Source of the DNA: Thermoanaerobaculia bacterium
Lineage (GTDB): Bacteria > Acidobacteriota > Thermoanaerobaculia > Gp7-AA8
Assembly: GCA_035630815.1 (NCBI GenBank)
Contig: DASQJY010000028.1
Location: forward strand, 264,187 to 328,186
Reading direction: 5' to 3'
DNA: 64,000 bases
The notes beneath the pieces were generated by a model that saw only the letters and a list, made by a program, of their open reading frames with translations, was not told the DNA's origin and made no database searches. Below are positions 55,290-63,397 of the stretch, piece after piece. The first letter of the stretch is position 1, and every line of letters begins with the position of its first letter. A program made the translations under genes and the position numbers.

Positions 55290-55996
55290 TCGTGCACCGC
55301 CGTTGCAGCTACATCCATGAGGTAAGGATCGACGGCGATGAGGACGTCGTGCGGACGGAAGGCGACCGGCGGCGCCGATTCACCGGAAACGGGCCGCATG
55401 AGGGCGGCGCCCGGCTGCACCGTTCCGAAAGCAACGTTGCCATCCATGCCGGAGCCGTCCATGAGCGACACCTTCCATGCGCCCTGGTCGGGACGGACCC
55501 AGATCGCCTCGACCCATTGCGCGTCGAAGTCGAAGGCGTCGAATTCCTGCCCGGAATTCCGCTTCATCCGGAGCGCCTGCGCGGGACGCACGTGCAACGG
55601 AGTGCCGGGCGGTGACGCAACCACGAAGTCGCCGCTCGAATAATCGACAGCGGCATAGATCGAGGTCGCGGCGACGGGCCGCTGCAGGTCGAGACGGGCC
55701 TCGCCGCGCTCGTCGCTCTGCAGCGTCACTGAGACGTTCATTGTGCGCATGGTGTAATTGCGCGCCTCGCGCACAATGCCGAAGACGATTACCTGCGCAC
55801 CAGGTGTAATGCCGGTAATGACGACCGCCCCCTGCTCGAATGCAATCGCAGGTGGACCGATCTGCTCCGCGGCGCGCGCGGACTGCGCGCAGAGCGCCAC
55901 CGGGATGCCGGTCAACACTGCAGTCAACACGACGCGTCCTGCAAGCCGGCGGCGATGACGAAGCCGTTCCATGATGAATCCGATTCGACCGTTCAT
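55286..55996 (-). CDS. secreted hypothetical protein
   Basis: Signal-like RVVLTAVLTGIPVALCAQSARA. 4-nt overlap with the downstream giant gene. Beta-rich composition. Confidence 0.6.
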   Translation of the reverse strand: MNGRIGFIMERLRHRRRLAGRVVLTAVLTGIPVALCAQSARAAEQIGPPAIAFEQGAVVITGITPGAQVIVFGIVREARNYTMRTMNVSVTLQSDERGEARLDLQRPVAATSIYAAVDYSSGDFVVASPPGTPLHVRPAQALRMKRNSGQEFDAFDFDAQWVEAIWVRPDQGAWKVSLMDGSGMDGNVAFGTVQPGAALMRPVSGESAPPVAFRPHDVLIAVDPYLMDVAATAVHE

Positions 55997-56011
55997 ATGA
56001 CTCTCCGCCGC

Positions 56012-58015
56012 CTACTGCATCGACAGCAGGACCAGGATCTCGCCCACGCCGCCCTGTAATGGCTCGAGCGCCTTGCCGATGATCGTGCCGGGCTGATGGA
56101 ACTCGCGGCCGTTGATCTGCATCGGCTCGGAGCGCATGGCCGTGCCGGAAATGTCGCTGGTCACGAGCAGGTCGCCGACACGAACGGCATGGACGCGGGC
56201 GTCTACACGGACTTTGACGCGGCCGGTGGTGGCGATCTGCTCTTTTTCGGCGCCTTCGACGCCGAGGAGGATTCCGGGAGAGGCGGAAACGACGCCGGCG
56301 ACCGTCGTGTCGTACTGGCGGGACGACGGCATGACCTCGTTGTTCCGGTCGCGGTTCAGCACCACCACGGTTCCGGCGGCCATGTCGACCGTGGCCGGGA
56401 CCCATTCGGCGAGATCCTGGTAGACCGCACCGATCACCTTCGCGCCGGTGATGTTTCCGGTGGCGATGATGTTGCCGGTGGTGGTGAGGTTGCCGGTGGC
56501 GGTGATGTTCCCCGTGGTCAGGAGGTTCCCGACCACGTGCAGTTTCGCGGAGGGGGTGGCGGTGCCGATGCCGATGTCGCCCGTCTGCGTCACGCGAAGG
56601 CGCTCGTTGGCCGGACCGGTGCCGCCTGTGTACATCCGGACGTTGCCGGTGGTGACGTTGCCGGAGCTCAGCGAAAGGCCACCGGTCTCCAATGAGGTCA
56701 GGGCAACCGTTCCGGCGGCGTGCGCGGAATTCGGCTGGTTCGTATACGTGGCGCCGGTTGCGGTCAGCGAGCCGCCGGTCCCTACGGCGCCGGAGTTGAG
56801 GATGAAGGACGTGTACGACGCCGGATTGGTGTTCTGCATCGCGATGTTGCCGAGCACGTGCAGCTTCTGCTGCGGGGTGGTGGTGCCGATGCCGATGGTG
56901 CCCGAAAAGAAGTTCGTGTCGTCGGGGCCGTTCTGATAGATGCCGAAGTCATTGATTGCTTCGGCGTCGGCGATGTACACGCCATAGCCGGTATTGACGG
57001 TGCCGCCACCCGACTCGACCGCGGCGTGAACCGCGGTCGCCGTGGTCACGGTGCCGGGGAAGCCGTAGTAGTTGCCGGCGTGGAAGTACCCGCCGGTGGC
57101 CCAGGTCACTGTGCCCGGTCCGTAGTTCCACGCGTCCATCTGGCCGGCGATGAGGCCGCCGGTGTTCGTCACGCCGAGGGGAACGGTGTTGACGGCGTTG
57201 ACGAACAGCCCCGCATCGTCCTGCCTGATGGTCGCGTCCACCACAGCGTGCTGGTAGACGAACATCGCCCGTCCGTTGTCGGAGTAATTGTAGGTGGAGA
57301 GCTTGCCGTGATTGCTCGTCGCGCCGATGCTGACGTTTCCGTCGGCGAGAATGCGCATGCGCTCGGCGGAGCTCGTACCGAAGATCATCGGCCCGCTGGC
57401 GAAGTTCCAGAGCTGGAGCGCGTTCGCCCCGCCCGTCGCTCCGGTGGAGGCGGAACCGGTGCTGGAGAGCTTCGCCACCTGTGTTCCGCCCGCGAAGAAG
57501 CGCACCTGCCGCGACGCCTCGGCGGTGGCCGTCCCGGCGTTGGCGTTGTTGATCTCGATCCCGGTCGCGGCGTCCTGGTCGCGGCGCAGGATCGTGTAGC
57601 CGTCGCCACGGACCTTGAACAGCGCGGCGTCGCTCGCGCTCAGGACGGTGAAGCCGGACGCAGACGTCTGCGTGCCGAGCTTCAGGAAGACATCCGGAGT
57701 GGCGGTGGCGGCTCGCAGGAGCACACCCGAAGCGGGTGCGGTGGCATTGTCGAGCAGGAGGTCGCCGTGATTGCCGGTGACGTCGGCCTGCGCGCCCACT
57801 GCCGACGGCCGGTTGCGGCCGGACTGCAGCACTTTCAATGGACGATCGCCCTGCGGCACCTCCGGCGCCGCGGCTGGCTCCTCGGCCTCTTCGCGCCCTG
57901 GCATTTCGATCACCGGGATCGGCGGAGGCGCGGAGGGATCGACCACGGGATCCTGGGCCAGGAGTACGGGAGCGGCAAGGCAAAGTGCGACCAGTGCGAC
58001 ACGAAATGTCGGCAT
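56012..58015 (-). CDS. secreted tail-fibre-like repeat protein
   Basis: The ATG at 58015 (AAGGA upstream) gives signal MPTFRVALVALCLAAPVLLAQ. Repeated IGTTTPQQKLHVLGNI / IGTATPSAKLHVVGNL motifs. Pentameric TGN repeats (TTGNITATGNLTTTGNIIATGNITG). C-terminal DLAEWVP...GDLLVTS...IIGKALEPL domain. Confidence 0.75.
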   Translation of the reverse strand: MPTFRVALVALCLAAPVLLAQDPVVDPSAPPPIPVIEMPGREEAEEPAAAPEVPQGDRPLKVLQSGRNRPSAVGAQADVTGNHGDLLLDNATAPASGVLLRAATATPDVFLKLGTQTSASGFTVLSASDAALFKVRGDGYTILRRDQDAATGIEINNANAGTATAEASRQVRFFAGGTQVAKLSSTGSASTGATGGANALQLWNFASGPMIFGTSSAERMRILADGNVSIGATSNHGKLSTYNYSDNGRAMFVYQHAVVDATIRQDDAGLFVNAVNTVPLGVTNTGGLIAGQMDAWNYGPGTVTWATGGYFHAGNYYGFPGTVTTATAVHAAVESGGGTVNTGYGVYIADAEAINDFGIYQNGPDDTNFFSGTIGIGTTTPQQKLHVLGNIAMQNTNPASYTSFILNSGAVGTGGSLTATGATYTNQPNSAHAAGTVALTSLETGGLSLSSGNVTTGNVRMYTGGTGPANERLRVTQTGDIGIGTATPSAKLHVVGNLLTTGNITATGNLTTTGNIIATGNITGAKVIGAVYQDLAEWVPATVDMAAGTVVVLNRDRNNEVMPSSRQYDTTVAGVVSASPGILLGVEGAEKEQIATTGRVKVRVDARVHAVRVGDLLVTSDISGTAMRSEPMQINGREFHQPGTIIGKALEPLQGGVGEILVLLSMQ

Positions 58016-58113
58016 ATCGATTCCTTTTCTCGAACGGGTGCGCCGGCGGCGACGATGCGCCTGCGCGTTGCGGATCTTTTGTTGGTTGTTGGACTGACTC
58101 GTTTCGTAGAGAC

Positions 58114-59256
58114 TCAGAAACGAGCGGCGTATTGCCATGCGCTCTTTGCGAGCGCGGACGCGGAGGTGCCGGGATGCGCTTCGGCAAACGCGGCGAGCCG
58201 CCGCGCACCCTCGTCGAAGAGCCCTTCACGCATGCAGATCAGCCCCTGTTCGAGGTCGGAGCCGGAGCGGCGCGCTGCCTGGAGCTCCGCCAGCGCCTCC
58301 GCGGTCAACAACCGGAATCGCGCCGGCGGATCGGTCTCCGGCGGCAGCACTTTCTCGCCCGACCCGGAGCGGAGAACCACCTGCCACTGGTACGTCACGC
58401 CGCGTTTCAGGGCGGTGGGGCTGGTCCAGGCGGTCCCCTTCAACGCGGGGCTCTCCAGCACGCGGTTGTAGCGGCTGTCGAATACCTGCACCACGCCCAT
58501 CTGCGTGCTGTCGTCACGGGACCAGCGGAATGCCGGCCGGTCCGCCTCGAGCACGACACCCACGGGGCCGAGCAGCGCGGCGGTGCCCGGCGCGACCGCC
58601 CCCGCCGATCGCTGACCGCCCGCTGTCCCCTGGAGCGAAGCGACGAGATTCGCGCTGGCGAGCGTGCCGCGCTGGAGCGCCGTCGCCACCCGGCGCAGCG
58701 ACGGTGGGAGTTGCTCCAGGGGATTGCGATCGGACGCCGTGGCAGGAGCGGGTGCGAGTGCGGGTGGACTGTCTCGCGGAAGCGGCACAGTGGCCGGAGC
58801 ACGACGGACGGATTCGACGCCGCGATGCGGCTCCGGTTCAGGCGATGCGGTGTTCCAGACGAGTGCGGCACCTCCGGCGACAAAGGCCGCGATCGCGGCC
58901 GCGATGGCGAAGCCGCGGAAGCGGGCACGAACGGCGACGACACGCACGGCTTGCCCGAGATCCGCGGCCTCGGCACGGCACATCGCGCAGACTTCCAGAT
59001 GGTCGCCAGCCGCCGTTCGTTCGTCCGCGTCGCCGAGACCGTCCACGTATGCCGAGAGCTCTTCGAACGAAAGGTGGTCGCCGTCCAGCGTTTCCAGTGC
59101 CTGCCTCACCGCGACGCGGGCCATGGCGGAGTCGGCGACCGTGCGGCGGCACGAGTTGCAGCGGCCGAGGTGGTCGTCGGTCGCCAGCAGCTCCTGCCCT
59201 GAGAGCTTGCCGAGCCTGAAGCGCTCGAGGAGCCCGGCGTCGGGGTGATTCGTCAT
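58114..59256 (-). CDS. membrane-spanning anti-sigma factor with two zf-HC2-like motifs
   Basis: HLGRCNSCRR and HLEVCAMCRAEAADL. TM FAIAAAIAAFVAGGAALVW. ~220-aa extracytoplasmic domain. 4-nt overlap with the sigma gene. Confidence 0.7.
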   Translation of the reverse strand: MTNHPDAGLLERFRLGKLSGQELLATDDHLGRCNSCRRTVADSAMARVAVRQALETLDGDHLSFEELSAYVDGLGDADERTAAGDHLEVCAMCRAEAADLGQAVRVVAVRARFRGFAIAAAIAAFVAGGAALVWNTASPEPEPHRGVESVRRAPATVPLPRDSPPALAPAPATASDRNPLEQLPPSLRRVATALQRGTLASANLVASLQGTAGGQRSAGAVAPGTAALLGPVGVVLEADRPAFRWSRDDSTQMGVVQVFDSRYNRVLESPALKGTAWTSPTALKRGVTYQWQVVLRSGSGEKVLPPETDPPARFRLLTAEALAELQAARRSGSDLEQGLICMREGLFDEGARRLAAFAEAHPGTSASALAKSAWQYAARF

Positions 59257-60287
59257 TTCGACCTTCCGTAATCCGGCACGCGTGTCTTCCGCAGGAGCCG
59301 CGACCGGGCGGCCCGCCTGAGATTGATGACCTGTTGTCTCGTCACTCCAAGCCGCGCGGCGATGAAGAGGTCGTCCGCGGGAAGGCGGGGCCAGATGAAC
59401 GCGAATTCGTCGTCGCTCATCTCCAGCGCGCGCGCGATGTCGCGGACCGTCGCGACGGCGGCGACGGGGAGGAGGTGAGTGACCGACTCACCGGCGGAAT
59501 CGCGAGCCTGCAGCAGCAGCGCAACTCGCTGGCGAAGCGGCAGTTCCAGGATCTCGTTCCACAACCTGCGCAGGTCCTGGAGCTGGATCAGCTCCTCGGC
59601 CGGATGGGTGACGGCCGAGCTGAGCTCGACCGCCTCGTCGAGCGACTGCGGGGTCTCCTTGCGCGGAATCCCGGCCGCGGCCGCAAGCACCGTGACCACG
59701 TCTTCGACGGTTCGCGGCGCACCGGCGGCGGTCAGTAGGGAACGAAGGTCGGGACGGAGATCGCCGCGCCCTCCGCCGAAGGCGAGCGGCGGCATCGGTG
59801 AGTGCTCATCTTGAGGATTGTCCTTCCACGCCGCAAGTCCACAGACCATCACGCCGCGGTAGGTCCAGACGGCCAGGGCGGGATCGTGATTCAGGAAGTA
59901 GAGCGTCCGGTTCCTCAGCTTCGCGCGGAGCGGAAAGTGCTTGCGGACAAAATCCTCGAACGCGTTGAAGGTAACGGTCGCAACGTAGTCGGGGAAGCTC
60001 TCGATCGGCGGGTCGTCGATCCCGAGCAGGCGGCGGAAGCGGCTCACGAGCCGGACGATGACGTCGTGCCGCAGGTCGGCGACGTACTCGACATCCATGC
60101 GTGCCCTCCTGAAGCGCGCCGACAGGATCTTTTCGATCCGGTCGTATGCATGCTCGGCCAGGATCGCCGCGACCGCGGCCTCACGCTCGGTGTCGGACCG
60201 CGCAGTCAGGACGCGGTCGAGCATCGGATCATTCAGCCGCCTTTCCGCCCTCGGGTCCAACGACTGCTCCTTCTGCAGAGAGAACAC
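59253..60287 (-). CDS. ECF-like sigma-70-family factor, atypically long (up to 344 aa; the listed start is GTG and may be further downstream)
   Basis: Region-2-like ADLRHDVIVRLV...YVATVTFNAFEDFVRKHFP. Region-4-like ILELPLRQRVALLLQ ... IAARLGVTRQQVINLRRAARSRL. Long inserts lie between and within the regions. Confidence 0.65.
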   Translation of the reverse strand: MFSLQKEQSLDPRAERRLNDPMLDRVLTARSDTEREAAVAAILAEHAYDRIEKILSARFRRARMDVEYVADLRHDVIVRLVSRFRRLLGIDDPPIESFPDYVATVTFNAFEDFVRKHFPLRAKLRNRTLYFLNHDPALAVWTYRGVMVCGLAAWKDNPQDEHSPMPPLAFGGGRGDLRPDLRSLLTAAGAPRTVEDVVTVLAAAAGIPRKETPQSLDEAVELSSAVTHPAEELIQLQDLRRLWNEILELPLRQRVALLLQARDSAGESVTHLLPVAAVATVRDIARALEMSDDEFAFIWPRLPADDLFIAARLGVTRQQVINLRRAARSRLLRKTRVPDYGRSK

Positions 60288-60337
60288 TCATTCATGGAGA
60301 CGCAGACCGCGAGCCGATATTGCCATGCCAGGCCGGC

Positions 60338-63300
60338 TCACTGCGAAGTTGTGATCAGGACGAACGGCGACCAGTAGTAAGGATGGCTGAACCGGGGGTT
60401 CCGCAGCAGGGCGAGTTGCGCCTCGCGGAGGGCGAATGGGTAATCGGCGCCGCTCAGGCTCGCCTGCCGGTGAAACGCGATCATGAGTTGCGCGGTGCTC
60501 GCCGAGTCGACGGCCCATTGGCTGACGACCGTGTTCCTGCAGCCGGCCACCATCAGCGCCCACGACATTCCGACGACGCCTTCGCCGGGCGTCAGTCCTC
60601 CGTCGGCGGACTCGCACGCGGACAGGACGACGAGGTCGGCCCCGAGGTCGAGCTCCATCATCTCGCGCGCCTCGAGGAGACCGTCGTCCGTGTCGGAGGC
60701 GCCGAGGACGACGGCGGAGTACATCGGGGACGCGTCGTCGATGATCCCGTGCGTGGCGAAATGGAGCACGGGATACTCCGCGGCGAGCTTCTTCGCGGTC
60801 GTTTCGGTCGCCTGCGCACCGACGAGGGCGCGGCTCGCCGGGCCGTACATCTTCGCGATGGCGAACACCTCCGCGCGCGCGTCGGGAAGCGGGCCCAGAC
60901 TCGCGCCGCGACTCACCGCACGCGTCGACACATCAGACCCGGGCGGGAGGAGCGGATCGGCCAGGGCGAGCAAAGCCGGCGCTGTCGCGGTCACGCTCCT
61001 CGGCCGCTGCCGGCGTTCGTGCCGCAGCAACGCCAGTGAAGGGGCGTAGGCAATGGCGATCCGCTCGATCAGATGCTCGCCGCCGGCCGATTGCAGTGCC
61101 TGAAACGGCAGGCGCCAGAGCATCCCGTCCGGGACGATGAAGAGGCGGCGCTTCGAGCCGATGCGCGAGGCAAACGGCGCAACGAGCAGGTCGTACAACG
61201 AGCGGGCGGATTCGCGATAGTCGAGATTCCGCTCTTCGATCCGGCCGACGAAATGACGGATGCGCTCCTCGAGCTCCACCTTCGGCAGCGCGATCCGATG
61301 GACGGCCACGTCGACGTCGTCTCCCGAGCGTTCGACGTAGAACGCGAACGTCTCCTGGTCCTGGACGGAAAAGGTCAGGAGCGCTTCGGCGGGATCCGGG
61401 AGCAGGCGATGCACGTCGCCGACGATGACTTCGGGACTGATGGCAACGGCCCCCCGAGGCTCCGGGCCGCCGCTCTCCATGCGCGAAAGAAAGACCTGCT
61501 GCTCGATGCGCTGCTCGGCCAGGCGCTCGCGGAGCACGGCGGTCGCCGAGCCGTCGCCGGACGCGAGGAGGCTCCGGTTCAGATCGGCGATGGCGCGGTT
61601 CAGCGCTGCGTATCGTTCCCGGTCGGCGGCGCTCATCGAAGGAAGCCGGTCGACCTGGCCACGAGCCATCGCCGTGGCCAGCGCCCGTGCGCGAAACCGC
61701 TCCGCGACCACGAGCGCGTCGCGCGGACGCCCCTGTCCGACGAGCAGGGCAACCAGGTCGCGATACGGCTGCGCCTTGTTGCGCATGAACGCGGACAGGG
61801 TCAACTCGTCCGCCCCGACCCCCGCGCGCTTCGCCTCGATCAACCCGATCGACGATTCGAGTGCCAGGATCGCCTCCGGGAGCCGGCCAGCGGCACGGAG
61901 GGCATGTCCCAGCGTCGCCCGAACCACCCAGGAGGGGTCGTAGCGATACAGCTGCGCCTTGCCGAACGACTGGCGAAGGAGGACGTCCGCGCTGGTCGCC
62001 GTGGCGAGGGCCTCCTCGGTACGCCCCTGGAGCAGATGAATGCGCGCGTGCAGTTGCAGCATGTCCGCCTTGAAATACTGCTCGTCGCTCAGGCGCACGA
62101 GCTCGAGCGCGGCGAGGATCTCCACCTCGGCTTCGCCATAACGGTGCGCGTCCGCCAGCATCTCCGCGAGCTCGAAGCGAGTCGACGCCACCGCCACCTG
62201 GTCCGGTTCACCGGGACCTGCCCGCGCCAACAACTTCCGCATCAGCGCCGCGGCTGCATCGTGGTTCCCCAGGGCACGTTCGGCGACGGCAAGGTCGGAC
62301 GTCGCGACCGTGATGAATTCGCGGTCGCCCAGCCGCTCCGAGCACCGCAACGCCTCGGCGGCGTAATGCCGTGTCGCCTGCGCGTCCTGAAGGTCGCCGA
62401 ACACCGTGTAGAGCTGAAACGCGGTCGCGCAGCGCCCTTCACGCCAATCGAACCGCTCCGCCGCCGACGCCAGCGCGGACGCTGTCATCACGGCGTCGCG
62501 ATACGAGCCGCGGTAGACCAGCAGGTTCCCTCGCATGTAGAGGGCCTTCATGGCGGGGCGCGGATCATCGATCACGTTCAGCAGGGCGGCCGCAGCGTCG
62601 TACAGGGCCATTGCGGCTTCATGGCGGCCGTTCTGCCACTCGGCCGTTCCGGACATGAGCAACGCGGCGGCGCGCACGTCAGCAATGCCGGTTCCCTCCG
62701 CATATCTCCGTCCTTCCGCCGCCAGGGCGGCTCCGCGCTCCGGCTCTCCCGTGTGCAACAGATGCGCAACCCGCATCCGAAGGCTGAGGATCGCGGCGGC
62801 CGGCAGACCGGCGCTGCGCGCGACGGAGCTCACGACGTCCAGCGTGGGTGCAGTCGTCGCGACAAATATTGCGGTGTCCACCTCGTCAACCAGCGCCACG
62901 AGGAAGGTCTCGAGATCCACATACGGCGCACAGGCAGCGATTCCCTGCGGAGTGACATCGCCCGCGGCGACCAGCCGGCGGGCGAGCACGCGCTCCTCGA
63001 CCATGATGTTCCGCAGCCGCCAATCGCCGCCGGAACGCTGCGCCTCGAGGTGCCAGCGGTCAGGGAAACGGATCGGCGTGCGGGAGGTGCCTCGCGCGGC
63101 TGCCGTGGCGTGGACGGTCACGCGCAGCGTCATCGCGGTGTCGGTCGCTGATTCGACCGACACCTCATGGGCGCGGATCGAGATGCAGTCGTACGTCTCG
63201 AGGTCTTTCCGGAGGAATTGCCAGTCCCGCGAAACCGTCGCCTCGGCGGTGCTCAGGGAAGCGAGAGCATCGATGTCACCTGACCGCAGGGCGCGGACGA

Positions 63301-63397
63301 ACCGCTCCGCTGTCAGCTCTGGGGTCAGCTCCGCATCCGCCGGCGCAGCATTCGCCGTCAGCGCAAACACGCCGAATACCACGAGGAAGCGGAGCAT
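60338..63397 (-). CDS. secreted CHAT-domain (caspase-like) protease with NTF2-like N-domain and TPR array
   Basis: Signal MLRFLVVFGVFALTANAAPADA. Central TPR-like repeats. C-terminal LHFATHGIIDD (His) ... ADLVVLSACESADG (Cys) ... GMSWALMVAGCRNTVVSQW is typical of CHAT. Confidence 0.92.
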   Translation of the reverse strand: MLRFLVVFGVFALTANAAPADAELTPELTAERFVRALRSGDIDALASLSTAEATVSRDWQFLRKDLETYDCISIRAHEVSVESATDTAMTLRVTVHATAAARGTSRTPIRFPDRWHLEAQRSGGDWRLRNIMVEERVLARRLVAAGDVTPQGIAACAPYVDLETFLVALVDEVDTAIFVATTAPTLDVVSSVARSAGLPAAAILSLRMRVAHLLHTGEPERGAALAAEGRRYAEGTGIADVRAAALLMSGTAEWQNGRHEAAMALYDAAAALLNVIDDPRPAMKALYMRGNLLVYRGSYRDAVMTASALASAAERFDWREGRCATAFQLYTVFGDLQDAQATRHYAAEALRCSERLGDREFITVATSDLAVAERALGNHDAAAALMRKLLARAGPGEPDQVAVASTRFELAEMLADAHRYGEAEVEILAALELVRLSDEQYFKADMLQLHARIHLLQGRTEEALATATSADVLLRQSFGKAQLYRYDPSWVVRATLGHALRAAGRLPEAILALESSIGLIEAKRAGVGADELTLSAFMRNKAQPYRDLVALLVGQGRPRDALVVAERFRARALATAMARGQVDRLPSMSAADRERYAALNRAIADLNRSLLASGDGSATAVLRERLAEQRIEQQVFLSRMESGGPEPRGAVAISPEVIVGDVHRLLPDPAEALLTFSVQDQETFAFYVERSGDDVDVAVHRIALPKVELEERIRHFVGRIEERNLDYRESARSLYDLLVAPFASRIGSKRRLFIVPDGMLWRLPFQALQSAGGEHLIERIAIAYAPSLALLRHERRQRPRSVTATAPALLALADPLLPPGSDVSTRAVSRGASLGPLPDARAEVFAIAKMYGPASRALVGAQATETTAKKLAAEYPVLHFATHGIIDDASPMYSAVVLGASDTDDGLLEAREMMELDLGADLVVLSACESADGGLTPGEGVVGMSWALMVAGCRNTVVSQWAVDSASTAQLMIAFHRQASLSGADYPFALREAQLALLRNPRFSHPYYWSPFVLITTSQ

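Noticed and set aside
56720-59248. Multiple long ORFs overlapping the tail-fibre-like and anti-sigma genes (56720-58471 plus, 56949-58229 minus, 57838-59202 plus, 58137-59219 plus, 58664-59248 plus)
   Set aside because: They have low-complexity Arg/Gly/Pro/Ala composition and no motifs. The chosen frames have signal peptides, zf-HC2 motifs and coupled junctions.
61073-63151. 692-aa plus-strand ORF antisense to the CHAT gene
   Set aside because: It is a shadow ORF. The minus-strand frame has a signal peptide, TPRs and the CHAT His/Cys motifs.
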